From: Candidatus Marinacidobacterales bacterium
GTDB lineage: Bacteria; Acidobacteriota; Vicinamibacteria; Marinacidobacterales; SMYC01
Direction of reading: 5' to 3'
DNA length: 64,000 nucleotides
Assembly (NCBI GenBank): GCA_965224085.1
Contig: CBDCYI010000004.1
Coordinates: 1,440,001-1,504,000 of the forward strand
Shown: one piece after another, positions 34,024 through 43,443 of the stretch
How positions within the stretch are numbered: the stretch's first letter is position 1
How the letters are laid out: every line of letters starts with the position of its first letter
Position numbers and translations under genes: made by a program
Notes under the pieces: generated by a model
The model's input: the letters and a program-made list of their open reading frames with translations, nothing else
Databases searched by the model: none
Told to the model about the DNA's origin: nothing

Positions 34024-36827
34024 AAGTTAGGAGAAAACCCATGGGTCGTATTTGGATAATACTTTTGCTAGTCATGGCCGCAGGTGGTTGCTCGGTGGGT
34101 CCCGAGATCGTCACACCCGACGTTGCCATGGCCTGGAGCTGGATCGAGCCGACGGTCTCGTCGAGCGCGCCCCCGGTTGTTGCATGGTGGACAACGCTCG
34201 ACGACCCGACGCTTACGTCTTATGTCGAGCGCGCCGTCGCCAGAAACCATGACATTCGGATCGCCGTCGCGCGCGTGCGCGAGGCAAAAGCACTTCGACG
34301 CGCCACCGCTGGCGGTCATTACCCGGACATCGCGGCTGGCGGCGGCGCCGCGCGCCTTCGCGGAAGCGAGAACGGATTCGGCCCGGGCCCAGCGCTTGTC
34401 CGCGAAGGCTTCGGAAGCCTCGAAGACAACCTCTTCAACCTCGAGCTCGATGCCTCCTGGGAAATCGACGTTTTTGGCGCCACTCGAAGCGCTGTCGACG
34501 CCGCGAGCGCGCGGCTCGATGCCGCGATCGAGAACCGGCGGGAGGTACAGCTCATGGTGGTCTCCGAAGTAGCGCTCAGCTACATAGGAGTTCGAGGTGC
34601 GCAGCAGCGCTTTTTGATCGCCGAGGACAATGTTCGCATCCAGACCGAGACTCTGGAATTTGTGGACGATCAACGGGCGACGGGTTTCGCGAGCGCCCTG
34701 GTATCGGAGAAACTTCGTGGGAAGCACGAGCAAGAAAACAAGATTCTCACGGCGCGTCTCGCAACAGCCGAGAAGGAGTGTGACGAGGGACGTGTCGAAG
34801 CTTCAAAGCTCGAAGGGCAGATCGAAGAGCTTCACCGGAGGCTCGAACGCTCGAACGAAGTAGCCGAGGGAGGGCAGGAACGCCACGAGCAAGAGATCGT
34901 TAAATTCGAGAACACTCTTACCGAGGAACGGAAACAGGCGGACGCGACGCGTCAAGAGCTCTACGCGCAACTCACGGAACAACGCACGCAACACGCACGA
35001 GCCCTCGAAGAGCTCGAGAAGAAGCTCCTGGAGGAACGAGCCACGGCGACGTCGGAGCTCGAGAAAAAGCACCGTGCGCAGTCGGACGAAGTGGTTGGCG
35101 GGTGGAAGCGTTCCCTCGCCGAAGCGAGGGATGCGCACGAGAAAGAGCTGTCCACCCTCCGTTCGCGCCTCGGCGCTATGGAGCGCGCCGAGACAGCGGC
35201 ACGAGAAAGTCTGAAGCGCGCGTCCGAGGAGAGCACGGCCAAGCTCCAGGATCTCGAGAAGCGCTACGAGGAAAAGACTTCATCACTTGTCAAAAAGCAC
35301 GATGCCGAGCGCGCGGAGCTTCTGGCCACGGCTGCTTCCACCCTCGAATCGAAAGAAGAGGCGTTCGAGGAGCTCACCGAAAAGATCCAAAGAGCGCGGA
35401 AGAACCTGGAGGTCGAGAGACGGGACAGCCAAAAGACGCAGGAGAGATACGAGGACGAGCTTTCGAGTCTGCGGGAGACCCAGGCAAAGAATCTGGAGCA
35501 CGCTGAACAGGACAAAATGACTGCCCTCGCCGAGCTCTCTCGCAAGTCCAAAGAAGCCCGGACGAAGGCACTCGAGATCGAGCGTGCCCGTCTGCAGGAG
35601 ACGGCGGACGAAGTTCAGAAACAGCACGAGGAAGAGGTTGCGGCCCTCGAGGAGCGGCAACGTGCCGCGCTCAAAGACAGCGACGCGGCGCACGAAAGCG
35701 CGTTAGCGCAGAAGGCTCATGATCTCGACCAGATGAGCGCCAAGCACCGTGACGACCTTGCGGATGCACGGCGCGAGTACAAGAAAACGCTCGCCAAGCT
35801 TTCTCGGCAGTCCGAAGAAGCCCAGACGAAGGCGCTCGAACTCGAGCGCCGCCGCGCGCGTGACACGGCGGTCGAGGTTCAGAAAAAGAACGAGGAGGAG
35901 GTTGCGGCACTCAAGCAGCGGCGACGCGCCGGTTTGACGCACAAGGCCCGTGATCTCGATCAAATGAGCGCCAAGCACCGTGAAGAGCTCGAGGATGCGC
36001 GGCGCGAGTACAGCAACGGGCTCGCCGAGCGGGATCGCGCCGCTCAAGCGCTCAATAAGGCCATCGAACGAACGAAAGCCGACGATAGCGAGCGAGAGCT
36101 GTTGCGCGGGAAACACGCGGAGTCGCTGGCGGCCCTTCGAAAGGAGCTCGATGCATTGGGGCATACCCATCGGATCACACTCGCCCAACGAGCCGAGACC
36201 GCCACGAAGATGCTTCAGGAGGTCGAGGCGGAACGCGACGAAGCGCGTAGGGCGGCGAACGATATTCGCGCTCAGCTCGCGGAGAGCCAAAAAAAGTACC
36301 AGACCGAACGTCAGCAGCTCGAGCAGCGCGAGGGCGAATATTCCGCCGAGCTAAAGCGGCTCCGCGCCGCCATCGCACGCGAGCAGCAAGAATCTCGCTT
36401 CACGCGACAGGCGGCACGTATTAGTGACGCGATGCAGGATCGCCACGAGAGGGAAATCTCGGAGCTCGACGCGCGCCGCGCGCACGACGCGAAACGGGCA
36501 GAAAAAACTTTGATGAAGAAGCTCGAGCATCTCGAGAAAACGTTGAACCAGAAAGCCAAAAACGCCGCGGCCGACCGAGAGCGAGAGTGGACAGCCAGGC
36601 TCGAGAGGATGCGGCGTGAGTACGAGACGTCCAACGCGGCCTTGCGCAAAGAGATCGAGCACAAGGTCGGCGTTGCCGGGCATCGCTCGGAAGACGCCTC
36701 CGGGGAGCTCGCCGAGCTGAAGGCAAAGCTCGAGGAGCTGTCTCAGGAGCTTAGAAAAGCGCGCAAGGAAGTCGGCCTGCGCGACGAGCTCATTGCCGCA
36801 ACTGTAAGAAAGACTAATTCCCGCTAA
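34020..36827 (+). CDS. chimeric ORF: NodT/TolC-type outer-membrane factor N-half fused to a long coiled-coil
   Basis: GGCSVGP lipobox, WWTTLDDPTL, ASWEIDVFG until ~34700, then ~700 aa E/K/R-rich coiled-coil. Confidence 0.6.
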   Translation: MKVRRKPMGRIWIILLLVMAAGGCSVGPEIVTPDVAMAWSWIEPTVSSSAPPVVAWWTTLDDPTLTSYVERAVARNHDIRIAVARVREAKALRRATAGGHYPDIAAGGGAARLRGSENGFGPGPALVREGFGSLEDNLFNLELDASWEIDVFGATRSAVDAASARLDAAIENRREVQLMVVSEVALSYIGVRGAQQRFLIAEDNVRIQTETLEFVDDQRATGFASALVSEKLRGKHEQENKILTARLATAEKECDEGRVEASKLEGQIEELHRRLERSNEVAEGGQERHEQEIVKFENTLTEERKQADATRQELYAQLTEQRTQHARALEELEKKLLEERATATSELEKKHRAQSDEVVGGWKRSLAEARDAHEKELSTLRSRLGAMERAETAARESLKRASEESTAKLQDLEKRYEEKTSSLVKKHDAERAELLATAASTLESKEEAFEELTEKIQRARKNLEVERRDSQKTQERYEDELSSLRETQAKNLEHAEQDKMTALAELSRKSKEARTKALEIERARLQETADEVQKQHEEEVAALEERQRAALKDSDAAHESALAQKAHDLDQMSAKHRDDLADARREYKKTLAKLSRQSEEAQTKALELERRRARDTAVEVQKKNEEEVAALKQRRRAGLTHKARDLDQMSAKHREELEDARREYSNGLAERDRAAQALNKAIERTKADDSERELLRGKHAESLAALRKELDALGHTHRITLAQRAETATKMLQEVEAERDEARRAANDIRAQLAESQKKYQTERQQLEQREGEYSAELKRLRAAIAREQQESRFTRQAARISDAMQDRHEREISELDARRAHDAKRAEKTLMKKLEHLEKTLNQKAKNAAADREREWTARLERMRREYETSNAALRKEIEHKVGVAGHRSEDASGELAELKAKLEELSQELRKARKEVGLRDELIAATVRKTNSR
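35525..36011 (+). repeat. internal ~260-bp diverged tandem duplication in the coiled-coil
   Basis: LAxLSRxSxEAxTKALExER...EEEVAAL...DLDQMSAKHR...DARREY occurs twice. Confidence 0.8.
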
Positions 36828-36907
36828 ACCGCGGAGCCCTCGAAGAAAAACGCGCCTTTCTGAGCCGGGAAACGACCCTCTCTCCGTGCTCGCAGTAGAA
36901 TAGGCCG

Positions 36908-37510
36908 ATGCTCCCGAGCGTTGTTTGGCTGCTTTCGCTGCTTGTTGCGTCTCAAGATTGGCCTCAACACCTGGGCCCCAGCCGCGACGGCGTGTACACC
37001 GGCGGGCATATTTCGGAAGCCGCGCCGGCGCTCGTGTGGAAAACGGATGTCGGGCAGGGTTTCAGTGCGCCCGTGGTCAAAGGTGGCCGGCTCATCCTCT
37101 TTCACCGCGTCGACAACCGGGAGCGCGTCGATGCCCTCGACGCGGAATCAGGTGAGCTTCTCTGGTCTTCCGGTTATGCCACTGCCTATCGCGACGATTT
37201 CGGTTTCGACGAGGGGCCGCGGGCGACGCCCACGGTTGACGGCGGCAGAGTGTTCACCTTTGGTGCGCAGGGAGTGCTCCAAGCGCTCGATTTCGAGACG
37301 GGTAAGAAGATTTGGAGCGTCGATACGCCTGCGCGTTTCGGCGTGCGCAAAGGCTGGTTTGGCGCCGCGTCGTCCTCTCTCGTCGTCGAGGACAAGCTGC
37401 TCCACAACGTAGGAAGCCGCGACGGAGCTGGGATCGTAGCGTTCGACACGGCTACCGGAAAAGTTTTGTGGCAGGCCACGGATGACGAAGTGAGCTACTC
37501 GTCGCCACAC
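36908..37510 (+). pseudogene. PQQ-like beta-propeller protein, N-terminal half
   Basis: QDWPQHLGPSRDG, GPRATP, YSSP then homology ends. Confidence 0.75.
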
Positions 37511-37655
37511 GGCATCGATGCTGCGCAAGTTATTGATATCGGCCAGCGGATCGTCGTCGAGCACGATAAAGTCGGCCCAGTTGCCGGCTTCGAGCGTACC
37601 GATATCGGTGAAGCCCAAACACTGCGCCGCGTCGCCCGTCGCCGACATGAGAATT
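37505..37655 (-). pseudogene. amidohydrolase C-terminal fragment
   Basis: SATGDAAQCLGFTDIGTLEAGNWADFIVLDDDPLADINNLRSI. Confidence 0.7.
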
Positions 37656-37804
37656 TGTTTGGCCGGGAAAAAGAAGCTGGAGTTGCACGACGGCCAGAGC
37701 TTTCTTGCCGAGCTCCAGAAAAAGGGCAAACGCGCTCGAGCCCCAAAACGCAAAGCGGTCTAAAACCCTACGACCGCTGGCTCTCGCAGCTACAATGGAG
37801 GCGT

Positions 37805-38119
37805 ATGGTCTATCTGCACGTTACGTTTCATCTGGAGGCGCAGGACGTGGATCGGTTCGAGACCTTCTACGCCGAAGAGTTCTATCCCGTCATCCAAGGG
37901 CACGGCTTCGAAGCCGTTGGGATTTTCAAGACCCTCGTCGGGGTCGCCGGGGAGTTCACGGAGATATGGAGATTTCGCGACCTTCAGGACTACGAGCGAA
38001 AATGGAAAGCGTTCATGTGCGATCCCAAAGTCCAAAAGATCTTCGAGACGACCGGTCCGATGGTGAAAGGGGAGTCGTTCAAGCTCACCGAGAGCGCGGC
38101 TTTTCTGGACGCGCCTTGA
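37805..38119 (+). CDS. NIPSNAP-like protein
   Basis: RBS ggagg; GFEAVGIFKTLVG...TEIWRFRDLQDYE. Confidence 0.7.
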   Translation: MVYLHVTFHLEAQDVDRFETFYAEEFYPVIQGHGFEAVGIFKTLVGVAGEFTEIWRFRDLQDYERKWKAFMCDPKVQKIFETTGPMVKGESFKLTESAAFLDAP

Positions 38120-38131
38120 GCTTTTGCTAAG

Positions 38132-38998
38132 ATGGCTTCTGTGAAGCCCTATGGCGGGCACTCGTCCAAAACGCTGCGGCGCGTTTTGGTTTGCGAGCCG
38201 CAAACCGCCGGTTGGGGTCAAGCTGCCGGCTGGCGTGAGCTCGGCTATTTCCACGCGCCACGGCTCGACGAGGCCGAATCACAGCATGCCGGTTTGGTCG
38301 CCGCTCTCGATAAGGTTGGCGCCGAAGTCTCGCGGCTTCCCGGTGGCGACGGCGTATCGCTCGACGCGGTCTACGCGCACGACGCCTCGTTTCCGACGAA
38401 CCACGGGATGATGCACATGCACATGGGTAAGTCGACCCGCCGCGGCGAGCCAGATCTCCATCGGCGGTTTTTCGAGGCGCAATCGATCCCGGTGCTCGGT
38501 ACGGTCGAGCCTCCCGGGCTCACCGAGGCCGGCGACATGCTGTGGCTCGACGAGAGCACGATCTTGATCGGGGAAGGCTATCGGACGAATGCCGAAGGCA
38601 TCGACCAAGTGCGGAACTGCTCGCGCCTCACGGTGTCGAAGTGATTGCCTGGGCGCTCCCGTATGGTCCAGGGCCCGATGCTTGCCTGCACCTGATGTCG
38701 CTCATCAGCATTCTGGACGAGCGCGCCGCCATCGTCGACTTGCGCTGGCTATCGGTTCCCACCGTTCGGCTTCTCGAGGCGCGGGGATTTACGCTCATCG
38801 AGATCGAAGACGAAGAGCGCGACGCGCTCGCCTGCAACGTCCTCGCGTCAACAAGCTTCTCACGATTGCGGAGAACGAGAAAACGAACGCGCGATTAGAG
38901 GAAGAAGGCTTCGAAGTGATGACCTATGAAGCTTCGGAAATCAGCGCGAACGGCTCGGGTGGCCAACTTGCCTGACGCGTCCCATCTGGCGAACCTGA
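38132..38998 (+). pseudogene. dimethylarginine dimethylaminohydrolase/amidinotransferase family, frameshifted
   Basis: DAVYAHD, EAGD, GYRTN, LHLMS, ACNVL, terminal CLTRPIWR spread across several frames. Confidence 0.78.
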
Positions 38999-39029
38999 GA
39001 CTAAGCCTGAGACTAAGCCTGAGACTAAG
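38994..39029. repeat. 12-bp tandem repeat x3 (cctgagactaag)
   Basis: Three exact copies spanning the stop codon. Confidence 0.9.
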
Positions 39030-39038
39030 ATTGACGCG

Positions 39039-39311
39039 ATGTCCAAATCCGTGAAAATCGTCCTCGTGCTTCTCGTGCTCGGAGCCGTGGCCTATATCGT
39101 CACCTCTTCGATAGCGACCTCCAAGCTCAGCTGCGAGGTGTGCATCGATTTCAAAGGACGAAAAGCCTGCCGCACCGCGCGCGGACCGACGCGCGAAGAA
39201 GCCACTCAGACCGCGCTCGGAAACGCTTGCGCGCAGGTCGTGAGCGGCCGCACGGAGAATATCTTGTGCGGTGGAAGCGCGCCCGCCACAGTGGCGTGTA
39301 GCGGCGAATAG
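39039..39311 (+). CDS. small membrane-anchored Cys-rich hypothetical protein
   Basis: N-terminal TM, CEVC plus 4 further Cys. Confidence 0.65.
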   Translation: MSKSVKIVLVLLVLGAVAYIVTSSIATSKLSCEVCIDFKGRKACRTARGPTREEATQTALGNACAQVVSGRTENILCGGSAPATVACSGE

Positions 39312-39381
39312 ATCAGACGACCGCCGCGAGACCGCCTACGCGCATACCCTTGTTGCTCGTTTCGGGTTCGATTCTTTGTGT

Positions 39382-39448
39382 CTCCTGCCACAACGGTGTC
39401 AGCAAAGGCGCGTGACGTTCGACCCTGCTGACAGAAGGCTGTCAGGAG
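39382..39448. promoter_or_regulatory. pair of inverted TG(A/C)CA-Nn-TGTCAG boxes, candidate WYL-regulator operator
   Basis: ctcctgccacaacggtgtcagca (39382-39404) and tgctgacagaaggctgtcaggag (39426-39448). Confidence 0.55.
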
Positions 39449-39522
39449 CCCCGGTGCATGATGTTGCTCGAGTCCGATGCGGCGCGATGAGCGCGCCGCT
39501 GGCGATGAAGAGGAGATATCCA

Positions 39523-39879
39523 ATGCAGCACCCAGTTGTGTGGTTCGAGGTTATGGGCGAGAACGGTGAACGTTCGCAGTCGTTCTACAGCAAGCTCTTC
39601 GGGTGGAAGATCGATGCCAGCAATCCGATGAAGTACGGGATGGTCGAAGCGGTGAACGGCCAAGGCATTCCCGGTGGCGTCGGGCAGCTCGGAGACCAGC
39701 CGTGGCCCAAAGTCACGTTCTACGTGTCGACGGAATCCGTGAGTGCCTCGCTCGAGCAAGCCGAAAAGCTCGGAGGCAAGGTTCTGGTGCCGCGCACCGC
39801 GATGCCGGACGGCCCCGTTCTCGGGATTTTTACGGACCCCGACGACAACGCCATCGGCCTCGTCGAGGAGAGCGCGTAG
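39523..39879 (+). CDS. VOC/glyoxalase-family protein
   Basis: HPVVWFEV, FYSKLFGW, LGGKVL, FTDPDDNAIGL; RBS aggag. Confidence 0.9.
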   Translation: MQHPVVWFEVMGENGERSQSFYSKLFGWKIDASNPMKYGMVEAVNGQGIPGGVGQLGDQPWPKVTFYVSTESVSASLEQAEKLGGKVLVPRTAMPDGPVLGIFTDPDDNAIGLVEESA

Positions 39880-39928
39880 AGGTCGATCCTGCCCCGATCG
39901 GTGTATCTGCCGTACCATAGCCGGTGTT

Positions 39929-40634
39929 GTGAGACGCGCCGATCGACTCTTCCAGATCATCCAGCTGCTTCGCGGCCGGAGGCGGGCGGTCACCGCCTCC
40001 TGGCTTGCGGAGCGGCTTTCCGTTTCCGAGCGCACGGTATACCGTGACATCCGGGACCTCATAGCCACGGGAACGCCCATCCAGGGCGAAGCCGGGGTCG
40101 GCTACACGATACGCCGGGACTACGACCTTCCTCCGCTCATGTTCGACGCCGAAGAGCTCGAAGCTCTCGTTCTGGGAGCTCGGCTCGTGGGCGCCTTTGG
40201 CGATGAATCTCTCGTAGGCCCCGCGCGCTCCGCCATGTCGAAAGTCGAAACGGTGCTGCCGTCGCGCTTGAAAGTCGCAGGGCCCCGCCCCCGCCCTCTA
40301 CGCGCCGCGCACGTTCGGAGCCGAGATGCGCGCTCAGGCGCTCCACACCGTGCGCGGGGCCTTGACGGAAAAGCGCAAGCTGAAGCTTCGATACCAGAAG
40401 GAAGATGAAGAGGTTTCCGACCGTACGGTCCTTCCGTTGGGCGCGTTTTTCTGGGGGCGAAGCTGGACGCTTACCGCGTGGTGCGAGCTACGAAACGACT
40501 TTCGCAACTTTCGGCTCGATCGGGTCCTCGAGCTCCTGCCAATGGACGAAACATTCACCGACGAGCCCGGGCGAACCCTTCGTGACTACCTGCGCGGCAT
40601 GGGTCCTACCGCCGAGCAAATCCTTGACGACTGA
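39929..40634 (+). pseudogene. YafY-family HTH-WYL transcriptional regulator, frameshift near 40280
   Basis: RRADRLFQIIQLL, VSERTVYRDI, LPPLMF; WTLTAWCELRNDFRNFRLDR in second frame. Confidence 0.82.
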
Positions 40635-40693
40635 CGACTTCTGTTGACGTAGAATCGGGCGTCACGAATACTGAGGCACGGAGGAAATTCGAG

Positions 40694-40960
40694 ATGATGC
40701 AGCAAGCAAAGCGGCTTTCTTCGGATCGCAGGTTGGGCGATGAGTTGATGCGGGAAGCCCTCGAGCACCGAGTAAACCAAAGCAGCGAGTACGAAAAGGC
40801 TAAGAACCGGCACCTCAAACTCCTGGAACGTGGTTTCGATTTGGGTTCGGGAGGCAATCTAGCAGTTTCTCGGGACGACTTCATGACCGACGCTAAGGTC
40901 TTCCTCGATGCCAACGTCTTGGTGTACGCACACGATATTTCGGCCGGGACCAAGCACCCT
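40694..40960 (+). pseudogene. antitoxin remnant plus PIN (VapC-like) toxin 5' fragment
   Basis: YEKAKNRHLKLLERGFDLG...SRDD then MTDAKVFLDANVLVYAHD. Confidence 0.6.
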
Positions 40961-41016
40961 TTTTCATCGAGACCTTCTGCCCACGTCTGTTTCAACGTAC
41001 CGCGTCCCGATCGCCA

Positions 41017-41526
41017 TTAGTCGTCCATCAAATCCTTGAGCGCTTCGGCGTGCGTCTCCAAGAAGAGACGATCTTTGGGACGATTTGCTTTGGCCTTGGA
41101 CGCAACGATGTGCGTTAGCCGCGCCACCGGAATCTCGACGTCTTCGACACGGAACACACGTTGCTCGTTCCACACTTGCTCGAAATCGAATCCCGCCATA
41201 ACGAACGTGAGATCGACTTCCAGACCGTGGTCGTCCGTTGCTTTGGTCAGTGCCTTTCGTTCGACGACACGATCAGCTAGCAAATGGTCGAGTGGCTTCC
41301 CCAGTGGCTCGGCGCCTGCCCAGAGCTGCAGTCCCTGAGCTTCGATCGTCCGCCAAACGGTTAGCAGGTTCTCCGGGTCCGGCGGAAGGAAAAGGTCGCG
41401 GTCCTTCGTCGTGAATAGGGTCGCTCCCGATATCGCATAGTAGTTCACGCCAGCGACGCCGATGAGTACATATCTTGCTGGCTCACGCGAAAGTGCGCTC
41501 ATGAGCCGGAGGAAAGAATCCGTCAC
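41017..41526 (-). CDS. nucleotidyltransferase-fold protein (DUF6036-like)
   Basis: YVLIGVAG...TKDRDLF...IVASKAKANRPKD. Confidence 0.7.
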   Translation of the reverse strand: MTDSFLRLMSALSREPARYVLIGVAGVNYYAISGATLFTTKDRDLFLPPDPENLLTVWRTIEAQGLQLWAGAEPLGKPLDHLLADRVVERKALTKATDDHGLEVDLTFVMAGFDFEQVWNEQRVFRVEDVEIPVARLTHIVASKAKANRPKDRLFLETHAEALKDLMDD

Positions 41527-41529
41527 GTC

Positions 41530-41754
41530 TCAGCGCACGCGAGCGGCCTGTTGGTAGTGGCGATCCCAGTTGCCAATTGCTTTGTCGACCCAAGTCTTGT
41601 CCTCACCGCTCTGGTTTCGCGGGAGAGCCTCGACCCGGGCCACCGCCTTCAGGTACGCCTCGGCGAGGGGCACGTCCGGCTCCTCGGGTCGAGGCGCGCG
41701 CGCGTAGGCGTATGTTTCGGGCGTTCGATCGATCATGACCACGATCCTGTCCAT
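41530..41754 (-). CDS. small hypothetical partner of the nucleotidyltransferase, possibly truncated
   Basis: 74 aa ORF immediately upstream and co-oriented. Confidence 0.4.
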   Translation of the reverse strand: MDRIVVMIDRTPETYAYARAPRPEEPDVPLAEAYLKAVARVEALPRNQSGEDKTWVDKAIGNWDRHYQQAARVR

Positions 41755-42048
41755 ATAATATCAGGGCGACGTTCTGAGAAGCGCCCAACCCGTCGTCGGG
41801 ATGTATGGGGCGTAGCTCAACTGGCCCGCGGGGCGCGTGGTCTCGGTCCGGCTGCAAACAAAGCGTTGGGATGATGCCGAACAGCAGGCCGGCCAGCAGC
41901 GTCCGCTCGCCTCATTGGTTCGCGGCCGCGCGTTGATGCCGCCGCCAACAACGGCGCTCGTTTCTGTCATTCGAAAAATGAGTACGGCAGGAACTGAAAT
42001 CCCGCTTCCGAGGTTGATTCTCTCTTCTAAGACCGCTAGATTTGGCCG

Positions 42049-42118
42049 ATGGCTCTCCTCGCCGGAACGCGCCTAGGCCCCTACGAGATTCTTGGGCCGA
42101 TAGGTGCGGGGGGTATGG
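42049..42118 (+). pseudogene. Hanks-type Ser/Thr kinase, first 23 codons, disrupted by IS110
   Basis: MALLAGTRLGPYEILGPIGAGGM then IS sequence. Confidence 0.88.
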
Positions 42119-42133
42119 ACTCCCCACGCCGGA

Positions 42134-43429
42134 TCAAGAGAAAACCTTCTTCGTAGGAATCATCGTCGATTCGCTTTTTGTTGTGGACGACCGCGAGGGG
42201 TCGTAAAGAGTTCTTTGTCGAAGCATCGCCATGGCGATGGGTAGAATGCGGTCCATGACGCCTCTGAGAGCTCTGGCATGGCTGTGGCCCGCGTCGCGAA
42301 GCCGATCGTAGTGCTTTTTAAAGTGTGGGTCGCGAAGCACGGCAGTGCTGGCCCAATGATGGAGAGCGTTATTGAGGGGCAAAGAGCGAGCTCTCCTCAT
42401 CAGGATAGTTGGTCGCAACTGACCGCGCTTGCCGCTTTTTTTCGTGACGGGTGCGATGCCGCTGAGAGTCCTGAAGGCTTTGAGATTTCGTAGCCGAATG
42501 GGGTCGTGGGCATAGCAGAGCACGGAGGCGAGCACGTAAGCACCGACGCCGGGCAAAGAGGCAAGAATGGCAGCGTCGGAGCACTGCTTGTCGTTTAGTG
42601 CTTGCAAGCGCTTGAACCACTTCTCGAGATGCTGGTCGGAGGCACGACGATGTTGTCGAACGAGGAGCAACTGCTGAAGGAGCAGTTCGAGATGCTCAGA
42701 AGTAGCTTTGGTGGTTGCATGCGCGACTCGGAGTGGTTTTTGATTGAGGGTATCGAGGATCTGCTCGGGTTTTACGCGTCGGATGCGGTGTTTTTTAACG
42801 AGCGTCTCGATGGTGTGGCGGCTAAGAGAGTTGGGGCTGGATTCGAAGAAGAGTTTTAGGAGCTCGCAGAAAAACGCGTCGAGAGCCTTATTCTTTGGCG
42901 CGAGCGAGACGAGGTGAGGCCAACAACGAGTAAGGAGTTCTCGGATCTGCGAGCTGAGGGCAACGTGGTTTTTGACAAGTTGGTCGCGGGTGCTCAACAG
43001 CCCGCGCATAGCAAGGATCTCCGGAGGTGGAAGTTGCAAGCGCTGAAAGCGGTGACCGTCGGTTCTGAGCGAATCGGCGAGAACGAAGGCGTCGCGCCGA
43101 TCATCCTTGGCGCCGCTCATAGAATGCCGGTCGCGGAAACGGTCGACCTGCTTGGGATTGATGGAGAAAATGGCGATGGCGTTGTCAAGAAAGAGCTCGA
43201 CGACGGCTCCATGAGGCTTTTCGATCGCCACTGCGATGCGCTCGGTGTCTTGCGTGGTCAGTTCCAGAAGCCAGCCGATCGTTTCTGAAAGTCCTTCGCG
43301 GCTATGAGGAAAGCCGCGCTCCCCCATAAATTGTCCCCTGGTATCGACCACGCTGGCCAAGTGAAGCCATTGGCCCAGGTCGACACCGACGAAGAAGTCG
43401 TAGTCGAGCTGATTCCTGGAAGAACTCAT
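42134..43429 (-). CDS. IS110-family DEDD recombinase/transposase
   Basis: VGVDLG, AIEKP, AKDDRRDA (DEDD), LPGVG, SGIAPVTKKSGK (catalytic Ser), no internal stops. Confidence 0.95.
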   Translation of the reverse strand: MSSSRNQLDYDFFVGVDLGQWLHLASVVDTRGQFMGERGFPHSREGLSETIGWLLELTTQDTERIAVAIEKPHGAVVELFLDNAIAIFSINPKQVDRFRDRHSMSGAKDDRRDAFVLADSLRTDGHRFQRLQLPPPEILAMRGLLSTRDQLVKNHVALSSQIRELLTRCWPHLVSLAPKNKALDAFFCELLKLFFESSPNSLSRHTIETLVKKHRIRRVKPEQILDTLNQKPLRVAHATTKATSEHLELLLQQLLLVRQHRRASDQHLEKWFKRLQALNDKQCSDAAILASLPGVGAYVLASVLCYAHDPIRLRNLKAFRTLSGIAPVTKKSGKRGQLRPTILMRRARSLPLNNALHHWASTAVLRDPHFKKHYDRLRDAGHSHARALRGVMDRILPIAMAMLRQRTLYDPSRSSTTKSESTMIPTKKVFS

Positions 43430-43443
43430 TGCCGTCAGCGCAT

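Noticed and set aside
41807-41824. tRNA 5'-like ggggcgtagctcaactgg
   Set aside because: No GTTCRA T-loop or complementary acceptor strand downstream
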